Counted from the first letter of the stretch, positions 1 through 11,158 are shown. The stretch is DNA of 64,000 bases from Longimicrobiales bacterium (GCA_963664435.2 CAXXKM010000001.1:320001-384000); one strand, 5' to 3'. Made by a program: numbers and translations. Notes: generated by a model from the sequence alone, not told the origin.

Positions 1-1191
1 GTGAACCCCCTGGTTCTCGGGGGCGCGGGGATGGACACGGGGGCCGTGCTGGTGGCCACCTGCCTGGCCTCGGCATTCGGCTGCCTGGTCATGGGGCTTT
101 GGGCCAACTACCCCATCGCGCTGGCGCCGGGGATGGGGCTGAACGCCTACTTCGTGGCGATCGCCGTAGGCACGCTGGGCCTGGCGTGGCAGGTCGCGCT
201 GGGGGCGGTGTTCCTGTCGGGTGTGCTCATGTTCGTCCTTTCCGTGCTCCCTGTGCGCAAGTGGGTGGTGGAAAGCATCCCGCGCTCGCAGAAGATGGCC
301 ATCGCGGCCGGGATCGGGTTCTTCCTGGCGATCATCGCCCTGCAGAACGCCGGCGTGGTGGTCGACAGCGAAGCCACCCTGATCACGCTGGGCGACCTCA
401 CCCAGTGGACGGTGCTGCTGGCGGTTCTGGGCTTCCTCGCCATGGTGGCGCTGGAGCACCGCGGGCTGCCCGGCGCGGTGCTGCTGTGCATTCTGGCAGT
501 GGCGGTCGCGGGATGGCTGTCCGGCCTGGCGGCGGCGCCGGAGTCGGTGGTGTCCGCCCCGCCTTCCCTGGCGCCGACCGCGTTCCAGCTGGACGTGGCG
601 GCGGCGGTCGAGGTGGGGCTGGTGGCGATCGTGTTCTCCTTCCTCATGGTCGACCTGTTCGACACCAGCGGCACCCTGGTCGCGGTGCTGAACGAGGCGG
701 GGCTCACCGACAAGGACGGGCGCGTCCCGGGGCTGCGGCGCGCGCTCGTCGCCGATAGCTCGGCCACCATGGTGGGCGCGCTCCTCGGCACTTCGACCAC
801 GACCTCCTACATCGAGAGCGCGGCGGGCGTGCGGGCCGGCGGGCGCACCGGCCTCACCGCGGTGGTGGTGGCGGGCCTCTTCCTGGCCGCGCTGGTGCTC
901 GCGCCGGTGGCGACCGCCATCCCCGCCTTCGCGACCGCCCCGGCGATCCTGTTCGTGGGCTGCATCATGGCGCGGGCACTGCGCAACGTGCCCTGGGACG
1001 ACCTCACCGAGTGCGTCCCGGCCATCGTGACCGCGCTCGCGATGCCGTTCACCTACTCGATCGCGACCGGGATCGGCATGGGGTTCATCGCCTACGCGCT
1101 CATCAAGCTGTTCTCGGGGCGCGCCTCCGAGCTGAACGCCGCGGTCGTGATCGTGGCAGTGCTGTTCGGTATCCGCTTCGCCATCAGTTAG
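1..1191 (+). CDS. NCS2/AzgA-family purine permease (5'-truncated by window edge)
   Basis: Polytopic membrane protein with NYPIALAPGMGLNAYF, DLFDTSGTL and TSTTTSYIESAAGVRAGGRTGL motifs typical of AzgA/PbuG. Confidence 0.92.
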   Translation: MNPLVLGGAGMDTGAVLVATCLASAFGCLVMGLWANYPIALAPGMGLNAYFVAIAVGTLGLAWQVALGAVFLSGVLMFVLSVLPVRKWVVESIPRSQKMAIAAGIGFFLAIIALQNAGVVVDSEATLITLGDLTQWTVLLAVLGFLAMVALEHRGLPGAVLLCILAVAVAGWLSGLAAAPESVVSAPPSLAPTAFQLDVAAAVEVGLVAIVFSFLMVDLFDTSGTLVAVLNEAGLTDKDGRVPGLRRALVADSSATMVGALLGTSTTTSYIESAAGVRAGGRTGLTAVVVAGLFLAALVLAPVATAIPAFATAPAILFVGCIMARALRNVPWDDLTECVPAIVTALAMPFTYSIATGIGMGFIAYALIKLFSGRASELNAAVVIVAVLFGIRFAIS

Positions 1192-1216
1192 GAGTTCTGC
1201 GCGGCCGCACCTCGGA

Positions 1217-1263
1217 CCACAACATGGCGTGGGTGGGAACGTCGAAAACACAACATATGGTGT
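1217..1263. promoter_or_regulatory. Tandem NrdR-box-like sites
   Basis: CCACAACATGGCGTGG (1217-1232) and ACACAACATATGGTGT (1248-1263), 31 bp apart start-to-start; they resemble the acaCwAtATaTwGtgt consensus. Confidence 0.55.
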
Positions 1264-1349
1264 GCAGTGCGAGTTCCGGTAACCCCTGGATGATGCTCTC
1301 ACCACCATAAAGTGCGGCCGATGGGACCCTTCCAAGCGCGACCAACAAG

Positions 1350-1387
1350 CATGACTCATACAGGTTTCGTACATGATTCATACAGGT
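1350..1387. repeat. 16-bp direct repeat with 22-bp period
   Basis: CATGACTCATACAGGT (1350-1365) and CATGATTCATACAGGT (1372-1387), one mismatch. Confidence 0.75.
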
Positions 1388-1395
1388 AGTTGCCG

Positions 1396-2847
1396 ATGCA
1401 CACGATTTCTCCTCCGCTGAAACCGGGTTCACTGGCCGCGATCGCAGCCCTGATCGCCTCCTGCGCCCCCGCCAGCCCGTCCGGCGACGCCCCGCCCTCC
1501 GTCGGGAGGCCCGCCGTGTCCCCCGATCCCGTCGAACTCTTCGACGGCCGCGTCATCCCGGGGATGCCCGAACTACTGGGCCTGCGCGCCCAATACGAAG
1601 TCCGCCTCGACTGGCTGGCGCGGAAGCGTCCCCTGTTGCTCCAGCAGATGCGCGAACACGGCATCGAGATGTGGATCGTGGTGAGCGAGGAGTTCCATCC
1701 CGACCCGGTCGCCCAGTACGTGGCCCCTCCCCTCCGCTACACGCGCCGGCGCGATGTCATGGTGTTCGTGGATGCCGGCGAGGAAGGGCTCGCGGCCTAC
1801 TCCGACTACTGGCGCCCCACGGAGGACTACCGCCGCTTCTTCCAGCCGCTCCCCGCGGCGCGCAACGCCCGAGGCATCCAGGACACCCGGGCCGGGCTGC
1901 GCGCGCTGGTGGAGCAATACGCCCCGGCCACCATCGGGCTCAACATCGGCGGAGCGCGCGGCCACGACAGCGGCCTCACCCACGACAGCTACCTGTTCCT
2001 GGCCGACGCGCTGGGTCCGGACGCGGAATCCCGCTTCCTCTCTGCCGCCGGCCTCATCGAGGATGTCTTCGATACCCGGCTGCCCGAGGAGCTGGAGCAC
2101 TACCGCCAGCTCGTGCTCGCCACCGACGTCATCGCCCAGACCGCGCTGTCGAACGTGGTCATCACGCCCGGCGAGACCCGCGCGGCCGACATCAAGTGGT
2201 TCTTCGAGGAGACCATAGCCGAGCTCGGAGTCGGCGGCGTGCCCTGGTTCGAGATCCACGTGGCCGTTCAGCGCTACGATCCCGACACCGGCGAGATGAT
2301 CCCCTACGTGCACCCCTCGCCCAACGACCTGGTCTTCCAGCAGGGCGACATCATCCACCTCGACTGCGGCTTCGACTACATTGGTTTCGCCAGCGACTGG
2401 CAGAAGGTCGCGTACATCCTGCGGGAAGGTGAAGACGATGTCCCCGAAGGACTTGAGGCCGCGCTCCAGAACGCCAATCTCATGCACGAGGCGTTCGCCT
2501 CCGAGCCTCGCCCGGGGATGACCGGCTGGGAGGCCACGCTCGCCATCGCCGCCAGGCTCGAAGGCGTCGACTTCCTCCCCAGCCTCTACTCACACCCCAT
2601 CGGCTATCACGGGCACGCGCTGGGCCCGAACATCAACGCCCGCGACATGGACCTGTCCTCGGCTCCGGAACGGGATTCCTACCTGAGGAACGGCGCGTAT
2701 CGCTCCATCGAGTTCAGCGCCACGTCGGCGATCCCGGAATACGGCGGCGGAACGGTCAGGATCCCGATGGAGGACGACGGCTACCTCACCCCCGAGGGTT
2801 ACGAGTACTTCCGGCCCTACCAGACGGAGTGGTACGTGATCCGGTGA
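1396..2847 (+). CDS. Exported (lipoprotein) M24-family metallopeptidase, Xaa-Pro aminopeptidase-like
   Basis: Lipobox-like LIASC; pita-bread metal ligands LDCGFDYIGFASD, YSHPIGYHGH, SIEF, PMEDD. Confidence 0.85.
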   Translation: MHTISPPLKPGSLAAIAALIASCAPASPSGDAPPSVGRPAVSPDPVELFDGRVIPGMPELLGLRAQYEVRLDWLARKRPLLLQQMREHGIEMWIVVSEEFHPDPVAQYVAPPLRYTRRRDVMVFVDAGEEGLAAYSDYWRPTEDYRRFFQPLPAARNARGIQDTRAGLRALVEQYAPATIGLNIGGARGHDSGLTHDSYLFLADALGPDAESRFLSAAGLIEDVFDTRLPEELEHYRQLVLATDVIAQTALSNVVITPGETRAADIKWFFEETIAELGVGGVPWFEIHVAVQRYDPDTGEMIPYVHPSPNDLVFQQGDIIHLDCGFDYIGFASDWQKVAYILREGEDDVPEGLEAALQNANLMHEAFASEPRPGMTGWEATLAIAARLEGVDFLPSLYSHPIGYHGHALGPNINARDMDLSSAPERDSYLRNGAYRSIEFSATSAIPEYGGGTVRIPMEDDGYLTPEGYEYFRPYQTEWYVIR

Positions 2848-3017
2848 GAGGGCGTCCGTCATCCAGACAGGAATCACCGATCCGTGATCTTGTTGCGAGC
2901 GTTTCACTTACGGGATTATTGGACGCGAGCGCAACCGCGGCTTCGTTGTACTACGATCGGATCGCCAGCGTCGGGCCGACAGCCGGAGTCCATTGGCGGA
3001 CTTGCAGTGCTCGCGGA

Positions 3018-3036
3018 GTGTGTAACTATTACACAC
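3018..3036. promoter_or_regulatory. Perfect inverted repeat, probable antitoxin operator
   Basis: GTGTGTAA-CTA-TTACACAC about 25 bp upstream of the antitoxin ATG. Confidence 0.65.
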
Positions 3037-3061
3037 GCAATCGCCTCGCGAGGAGAACAGC

Positions 3062-3295
3062 ATGGCTCGACGTGTCAACATCATGATGGACGACGAGGCG
3101 TGGCGCGTGATCGAGAGGCTGCCGCGCGGTAGCCGGAGCCGCGCCGTCAACGCCGCGATCCGGGAGTGGTCCGGCACCTCCAGGAGGCGCGAGGCCTCCG
3201 CACGGATGGATGCGCTACGCGCTCGGCTGCCCGCCGTCGAGACCGACCGGATCGTTCGGTGGATACGGGAGGGGCGGGAGCGGCGGCTCCCGTGA
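3062..3295 (+). CDS. Type II antitoxin (ribbon-helix-helix/VapB-like)
   Basis: 77 aa with N-terminal RVNIMMDDE beta-strand then helices; AGGAG RBS; stop overlaps the toxin start (GTGA). Confidence 0.8.
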   Translation: MARRVNIMMDDEAWRVIERLPRGSRSRAVNAAIREWSGTSRRREASARMDALRARLPAVETDRIVRWIREGRERRLP

Positions 3296-3714
3296 TCGTC
3301 ACGCCGGACGCATCGGTTCTTCTCAAGTGGGTTCTTCCGGGCGACGACGATCAGGACACCGACGCAGCACTCGCGCTGCGTGACGAAGCGGTGGCCGGAA
3401 CCGTCGATCTTGTCGTTCCCCAACTCTGGATCTACGAGGTGGGCAACACGCTGGCGAGGCGGTTTCCCGAAGACGCCGACGAATTGCTCATGTCGCTTGC
3501 GGACTTCGGTCTTGCTGAAGCGAAGCTGGACGCAAGGTGGAGGGCGCGCGCCGTGTCCCTATCGGTAAGGTACGGTGTCGCGTTCTGCGACGCGGCCTAC
3601 CATGCCGTGGCGCTCGGCCTCCGCGGTGTGTTCGTCACGGCGGACGAACGGTATGTGCGCCGCGCCTCGGGGGCCGGAGGCATTTCGTCCCTGCGACTCT
3701 GGCGGAGACCCTGA
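3292..3714 (+). CDS. vapC: VapC-family PIN-domain toxin
   Basis: GTG start at 3292; PIN acidic residues in PDASVLLKW, IYEVGN, FCDAAY and VTAD. Confidence 0.88.
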   Translation: MIVTPDASVLLKWVLPGDDDQDTDAALALRDEAVAGTVDLVVPQLWIYEVGNTLARRFPEDADELLMSLADFGLAEAKLDARWRARAVSLSVRYGVAFCDAAYHAVALGLRGVFVTADERYVRRASGAGGISSLRLWRRP

Positions 3715-3763
3715 TCCGGGCCGGTCGCCTCGCCCTGGCAGCCCCGCCCGCGATCCCCTTCCC

Positions 3764-5722
<1,959 letters not shown>

Positions 5723-5753
5723 CTCAGGTCTCCGCTGCATGGTCAGGGTCCTG

Positions 5754-5780
5754 TACTGACATCTACTGGTATTTACTGGC
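5754..5780. promoter_or_regulatory. Three helically phased TACTG repeats upstream of acs
   Basis: TACTGAC, TACTGGT and TACTGGC at 5754, 5764 and 5774 in an AT-richer spacer. Confidence 0.45.
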
Positions 5781-5807
5781 GTGTTATCCGGTTCCCTTCC
5801 CTCGGGG

Positions 5808-6377
5808 TCATGAATCTTCTGCCCCAAGAAACTCCGCCACAACCCGGCTCGCCAGCAGCGCCTCGAAGGACTTTACCGTGGCCGAGCTCAGCGTGCGTAC
5901 CACGCGCGCGCCGGCGTCGATCGCCACATCGGGGATCACAAGCCTGAACCGGCACTCGGTGCGGGCGTCCTCGGGACGGGCGTTGCGGTGCGGCACGGTC
6001 GCGCGCAGCGTCACCGGGGTCCCGTGCCCCCGGGTCAGTCCGCGGTCCGCTTCCCGCGCCAGCCCCTTCAGCGCCCCGGCGAAGTCTCCAAGCTCGCCCA
6101 GAGTCCGCCCCCGCACGGCGAGCGCCAGGTTGCCGCCGAGCCCCTGCGAAGTCTCGTCGAGAAAGACGTCCACGCTCACCGGCTCACGTCGATGCGGCTG
6201 GTGGAAGAAGAGGTATGCGCTGCGCGTGGATTCGCCGGCCCAGCGGCCTTCGAACTCGTGACTGGTGGTCTTCTGCATCCCGGAGAGCCTCCAGCCGGCG
6301 TCCTCAACTCCCTGCCGAACGGCATCGATCAGCGGCTCCAGCGTGAGCAGCGCGCTTTCGTCGGGATCGGTCGTCAT
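5808..6377 (-). CDS. Hypothetical protein
   Basis: Globular-looking ~190-aa ORF ([18 protein letters not shown]) with GGAG RBS before ATG 6377; fills the gap between acs and fur. Confidence 0.7.
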   Translation of the reverse strand: MTTDPDESALLTLEPLIDAVRQGVEDAGWRLSGMQKTTSHEFEGRWAGESTRSAYLFFHQPHRREPVSVDVFLDETSQGLGGNLALAVRGRTLGELGDFAGALKGLAREADRGLTRGHGTPVTLRATVPHRNARPEDARTECRFRLVIPDVAIDAGARVVRTLSSATVKSFEALLASRVVAEFLGAEDS

Positions 6378-6385
6378 CGCTCCGG

Positions 6386-6415
6386 TTGACACATTTTCGC
6401 CCCGCTTAGTACGTT
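6386..6415 (+). promoter_or_regulatory. Candidate sigma70 promoter for the Fur-family gene
   Basis: TTGACA-18 bp-TACGTT. Confidence 0.45.
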
Positions 6416-6492
6416 GGCTGATCAGGGGGATACGTTCTACAGGTCCCGTTCCGGCAGGCCGTCAGCCGAGCACGGGCCGAAGATCACTTGCG

Positions 6493-6945
6493 ATGTTGAC
6501 CCAGTCCGAGCAGAGCGACGCCATCCTGCGAGAGGCGATGGAGCGAAGCGGTCAGCGCTTCACCGCCCAGCGTGCGGCCGTCTTCCGGTTTCTGCACACC
6601 ACCGACACCCATCCCACCGCGGACGACGTGTACCGCTGCGTGCGCGCCAACCTCCCGGGCATCTCCCTGGGCACCGTCTACAAGAGTCTGGAGACGCTCG
6701 TGGGATGCGGGCTGGCGCGCAAGCTCACCGGCGGCAACGGCTCGGCAAGGTACGATGGGCGCATGGATCCGCACTATCACGCGCGCTGTCTCGAGTGTGG
6801 CCGGCTGAGGGACGTGCCCGGCCCTGGCAAGCCCGAGTCGTTCGTGGACATCCCGGTCACGATGGACGGCTTTGCCGTGACCGAGTTGCGGTTGGAAGTG
6901 GTGGGGTACTGCGAGGGCTGTCGCCCCGACCAGCGCGTCGCCTAG
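6493..6945 (+). CDS. Fur/PerR-family transcriptional repressor
   Basis: RFTAQRAAV, HPTADDVY, SLGTVYKSL, HYHARCLECG and C-terminal CEGC. Confidence 0.92.
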   Translation: MLTQSEQSDAILREAMERSGQRFTAQRAAVFRFLHTTDTHPTADDVYRCVRANLPGISLGTVYKSLETLVGCGLARKLTGGNGSARYDGRMDPHYHARCLECGRLRDVPGPGKPESFVDIPVTMDGFAVTELRLEVVGYCEGCRPDQRVA

Positions 6946-7199
6946 CCGAACGCCGGCGAGGAAGCCCGGCCCCGGGCGGAACGCAGGCGTCGGCGCAGTT
7001 CCACGTCCGAGGTGGTCGCGAGCGTCCGCTGCGCCGTTCTGAGCGAATTCCAGCGCACGTCGGCCAGCTCGATCGGCTCGCCGCCTTCCTCGCCCTCCAA
7101 CGCGAAAACGAACGAGTAGCGGCCCTTGTAGTCGTGCCCCGGCCGCTCCCGCACGCTCGCAACCCACGTCCGTCCGCTCTCGTCCTGGAAGCTCCTCAT
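6942..7199 (-). CDS. Small hypothetical protein
   Basis: 85 aa (MRSFQDESGRTWVASV...) with non-shadow composition; 4-bp convergent overlap with fur. Confidence 0.7.
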   Translation of the reverse strand: MRSFQDESGRTWVASVRERPGHDYKGRYSFVFALEGEEGGEPIELADVRWNSLRTAQRTLATTSDVELRRRLRSARGRASSPAFG

Positions 7200-7239
7200 C
7201 TCGGTGCGCCCTCCGTCATCTCCAGCCGCTCTCCGCCTT

Positions 7240-8085
7240 CTACCCGCCTCCGAGTCCGCGGCCCGGCCGTCTCAGCAACTCCGGGAACTCGTACACGATA
7301 ACCCCTTCGTCGGTTACATCCGAACTCACGCGCTGGCTGTCCTCGAGCTCCATCCCGTCGAGGAGTTTCTTGGCGGCGTCCGGCGAAAGATCCATGTACG
7401 CCGCGACCTCGCTCGCGGTCAGGCGCCCCCCGTGCTGACTGGCCAGGCGGAGGATGCCGCGCTGGAGCTGACGGGGGGATCCCTTGCGCCAGCGCAATCT
7501 CCTGATCCCCGACCAGATCAGCGCCGCCCCCCCGGCGACTGCGGAAGCTCCGCCGGCGAGCATCAGCAGCGGCATGAAGGCGGGCCCCACGCCGAGAACC
7601 ATGGCTCCCGCGGACAGCCAGCCAGCGCCCATGAAGCCCAGCAGGGCGCCGCCCCCGATCCGGATCCACCCCTGGGCGGAGCGATCTTCGGAGGGCACGA
7701 ACATTGCGGGAGCCGATGGATCCCCATAGTGGGCGAGGGCCTGGTCACCGGATTGGATCTCCCGAGCTGCATCGGGACTCGCGATCGCGCGGTAGGAAGC
7801 ATGTCGCCAGTTCAGGCCACAGCGCGGACAGAGCCGGTGCTGGAACCGCATCAGCCAGTAGACCAGCGCCCCCACGCCGGAGGTGACCAGGCCGAGGACC
7901 ACCAGCAGGGCGATGTGCTGGGGCTTCGAGAAGTAGTGGTCCCCGTATCCCTGGTGCCGGCATCGCGGGCAGGTCTTCAACCAGGTCAAGGGGCGGCCGG
8001 GATTCTCCGCTCCGCACGTCGTGCAACTGCGCGCCGGGCCCTCAAGAGCGGCGCCGCAGGTGGTGCAACGGAGGGGTTTTGCCAT
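7240..8085 (-). CDS. Zinc-ribbon membrane protein with C-terminal winged-helix-like domain
   Basis: Four CxxC pairs (CTTC twice, CPRC twice), hydrophobic segments, and C-terminal GGRLTASEVAAYMDLSPDAAKKLL...GVIVYEF. Confidence 0.75.
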   Translation of the reverse strand: MAKPLRCTTCGAALEGPARSCTTCGAENPGRPLTWLKTCPRCRHQGYGDHYFSKPQHIALLVVLGLVTSGVGALVYWLMRFQHRLCPRCGLNWRHASYRAIASPDAAREIQSGDQALAHYGDPSAPAMFVPSEDRSAQGWIRIGGGALLGFMGAGWLSAGAMVLGVGPAFMPLLMLAGGASAVAGGAALIWSGIRRLRWRKGSPRQLQRGILRLASQHGGRLTASEVAAYMDLSPDAAKKLLDGMELEDSQRVSSDVTDEGVIVYEFPELLRRPGRGLGGG

Positions 8086-8355
8086 GCGTCCTCGGACTGG
8101 TGAATCCGGAAGTACCGTACGACGATGCCGCGGGAACGGATTCGCGCAGCACGACCGGAACCGGCGCACCAACGGCATCGAACCGAGGGAGCAGATCGCC
8201 CGCACGGCGCAAAAGCTCGACAGGGACGGCTGCGCTCTCGAATATAACACGCTTCCAGAGAGCGCCGAACAACGCCCGAGCACGTCGATTCACACGGTCG
8301 ATTCGCACCGTCGGTCCACCCGGGCGGGCCTCCCCTCCCGCGCAAGGCACATGCC

Positions 8356-9750
8356 ATGTTCCTGGATTTCGCCCTGATCTCCGGCCTGCTGGTGGTCGCG
8401 CACCTGCTGCGCTCCCGGATCCGGCTCTTCCAGGCGATCCTCCTGCCCACGCCGATCCTCGCGGGGCTGATCGGGCTGGCGGCGGGTCCCGAGGGACTGG
8501 ACCTCATCCCCTTCGCGCGCGACGAGGGCGGGACGCCGGTGATGCGGCGCTACCCGGGCGAGCTCGTGATCCTCCTGTTCGCCACCCTGTTCATGGGCTC
8601 GCGGGCGGACGGACCGGGCCTCGCGAAGATGATCCGCAGCGCGGGAGACACCTTCTTCTACAACCTGTCGGCCTGGATCGGACAGTTCGGCCTCGCGCTC
8701 CTGTTCGCCGGCGCCGTCCTCATTCCCCTCTTCCCGGCAGTGGGCGGACCTTTCGCGCTGATGCTCCCCTCGGGCTTCGCAGGGGGGCACGGGACCGCCA
8801 CCGCCGTCGGATCCATTCTGGCCGACCAGGGGCACGAGAACGCCATGGGCATCGGGTACACCTTTGCCACCATCGGGCTGCTGGCGGCCGTGCTGGGGGG
8901 TGTCGCGGCGATCAATCTCGCCACGCGGGCAGGCTGGACGCGTCTCGTCGCCACCCCGGGCGAGCTTCCCGCCGACCTGCGGCGCGGGCTGATCGATCCG
9001 GCCGGCGCCAGGTACTTCGCCAGGGAGACGGTCAGCCCCCTGGCCCTCGAAACCCTCTCCTGGCATCTGGGGCTCGTGCTTCTCGCGTACGGGGCCGCGC
9101 ACGCCGTCAGCGGGGCGCTCCAGTCGGCGGGAGACCACTTCACAGCCCTCCCCATGTTCGCGCTGGCGGTGATCTGCGGCGCCGTGCTCCAGAAGCTGCT
9201 GGACGCCATGGGCGTCGGCCGGCACGTGGACCGGCAGACCATGGGACGCCTCGGATCTTCGATCTCGGACTTTCTCGTCGCGTTCGGCGTGGCGTCGATC
9301 CCCCTCACCATCGTGGCCGACTACGCCGCGCCCATTCTGGTGATGTCGGCGTTCGGCTTCGGCCACGCCGCCCTCATCACGTGGTGGATCGCCCGCCGGA
9401 CCTTCCGCAACTACTGGTTCGAGCGCGGGATCTTCACCTTCGGATACGCCACCGGGGTGGTGGCCATGGGAATCGCTCTGTTGCGCGTGGTGGACCCCGA
9501 AATGAAGTCGAAGACGCTGGACGATTACGGGCTGGCATACCTTCCGATCGCGCTGGTGGAAATCGTCGTGCTTTCGACCCTGCCGCTGTGGGTTGCCGGA
9601 GGAGCGGTCTGGCAACCGGGATTGCTGCTGACGGGCGTGGCCGCCGGACTTCTGGTGGTTTCGTGGAAGACAATCGGGTTCTTTCCTTCCGACCCGGCGG
9701 CCCGGCGGGCGGGAGAGTCCCGTCGCCGTTCAGCTCCAGACGAAGGGTGA
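8356..9750 (+). CDS. gltS: Sodium/glutamate symporter (GltS family)
   Basis: Multi-TM protein with LPTPILAGL, GFAGGHGTA and FGYATG re-entrant motifs. Confidence 0.85.
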   Translation: MFLDFALISGLLVVAHLLRSRIRLFQAILLPTPILAGLIGLAAGPEGLDLIPFARDEGGTPVMRRYPGELVILLFATLFMGSRADGPGLAKMIRSAGDTFFYNLSAWIGQFGLALLFAGAVLIPLFPAVGGPFALMLPSGFAGGHGTATAVGSILADQGHENAMGIGYTFATIGLLAAVLGGVAAINLATRAGWTRLVATPGELPADLRRGLIDPAGARYFARETVSPLALETLSWHLGLVLLAYGAAHAVSGALQSAGDHFTALPMFALAVICGAVLQKLLDAMGVGRHVDRQTMGRLGSSISDFLVAFGVASIPLTIVADYAAPILVMSAFGFGHAALITWWIARRTFRNYWFERGIFTFGYATGVVAMGIALLRVVDPEMKSKTLDDYGLAYLPIALVEIVVLSTLPLWVAGGAVWQPGLLLTGVAAGLLVVSWKTIGFFPSDPAARRAGESRRRSAPDEG

Positions 9751-11049
9751 GTTGCTCACCGGATGGAGCCGACCCTCGGCGAACCGACTGTAGCGGAAGG
9801 GTTGCAGCAGCTCCTGTCGCCGTCCCGTCAACTCCTTCGCTACCAGGGCGCCCACTCCGATCATCTTGTACCCGTGGTTCGAGTCGGCGACGAAAAAGAC
9901 GTTGTCGGCGAAGGTGTCGAACACGGGGAAGCTGTCGGGCGTGAAGCTCCCGATACCCCCGGAGGGCTCCCGGCCGATCAGGTGGCGGCTCCCCTCGAAT
10001 CGCTTCTGGCAGAAGGCCAGCGCCGCGGTCCAGGCGCGGCGGAAGTCTCCTCCGACGACGAAGTCGGGGGACTCGGCCCCGTACGGATCGATCTTCACTT
10101 CGCATGGCGGCTTCTCGACTCTTCGTGGCAGGTATCCGCCTTGCACCCCGCCGAAGTGGAAGTCGGGTTTGTAATAGATGCCCCAGGGACCCTCGGTCAC
10201 CGGTCCATCCTCGTCGAAGAGGGGCTCGTCGGTGTCCACGTGGACGACCGGCGGCATGTTCCCCCGGTTGTCCACAAGGAAGCCGGGATCGACCTCTAGC
10301 GTGCCCTCCTGAAGCGCCCAGTATGTCCAGGTGGGCACTTGATGGAGCTTGCCGCCGGCGTCCCGGACCGCAGTCAGGTCCGGGAGATCGAGCATCGCCC
10401 ACTGTTTCCGGACCCAGGGGCCCGTGGCCACGACCACCTGCTCGCAGCGGATGTCCCCCCGATCCGTGATCACCGCCGTGACCGCGCCCGACGCATCGCG
10501 CTCGAAGCCCTCGTTCACGACCCCGAAGACGAGTCGCACGTCCTCGGCTTCCACTCGCGCCCGCAGGCCCTCGAGGGATGCCATGTTGTTGGCGTAGCCC
10601 CCCCGGTGCTCGTGCAGCACGCTGGTGATGCCCCTGGCCTGCCAGTCGTCGAAGATGGCCCGCATGTAGGTGCGGGATGCTCCGGCGCCCTCCACGAAGG
10701 TCGATTCGTACCCGATGGCCCGCTGCTGCTCGTGGATCGAGGCCACGTCGTCGCGCATGGCTTCATGGCTGATCTGCAGATAGCCCACCGGGTGGTAGGA
10801 GAACCCCTCGGCGTCGCTCTCCCAGAGGGCCACCGAATGCGCCATCAGCTCGCGCATGGCGGGCTGGAAGTAGTTGTTGCGGATGACCCCGCAGGCGATT
10901 CCCGAGGCCCCGGCGCCGACCCCGGTCTTGTCGATGACGACGATATCGCGCCCGTCCCCGCGACGGGCCGCCCGGAGTTCCCGGGCCAGGTGCCACGCGG
11001 TGGAAAGGCCGTGGATGCCCGCGCCGACGATGACGTAGTTCGCGGTCAT
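9730..11049 (-). CDS. mgdA: FAD-dependent oxidoreductase, N-methylglutamate dehydrogenase subunit A-like (sarcosine oxidase beta/DAO family)
   Basis: GAGIHG FAD motif; GASGIACGVIRNNYFQPAMRELM and DSNHGYKMIGVG segments, recalled as typical of MgdA. Confidence 0.7.
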   Translation of the reverse strand: MTANYVIVGAGIHGLSTAWHLARELRAARRGDGRDIVVIDKTGVGAGASGIACGVIRNNYFQPAMRELMAHSVALWESDAEGFSYHPVGYLQISHEAMRDDVASIHEQQRAIGYESTFVEGAGASRTYMRAIFDDWQARGITSVLHEHRGGYANNMASLEGLRARVEAEDVRLVFGVVNEGFERDASGAVTAVITDRGDIRCEQVVVATGPWVRKQWAMLDLPDLTAVRDAGGKLHQVPTWTYWALQEGTLEVDPGFLVDNRGNMPPVVHVDTDEPLFDEDGPVTEGPWGIYYKPDFHFGGVQGGYLPRRVEKPPCEVKIDPYGAESPDFVVGGDFRRAWTAALAFCQKRFEGSRHLIGREPSGGIGSFTPDSFPVFDTFADNVFFVADSNHGYKMIGVGALVAKELTGRRQELLQPFRYSRFAEGRLHPVSNSPFVWS

Positions 11050-11158
11050 GGCCCTCGAACCCTCTACGCCTGCCGTGAAGGCCCGCGCAACGACAAGAGA
11101 AGTCGCGAGGCACCCCGGGCGCCGGCCCGCCGCACCGGGCGAAGCGGCACCGGAGTGT

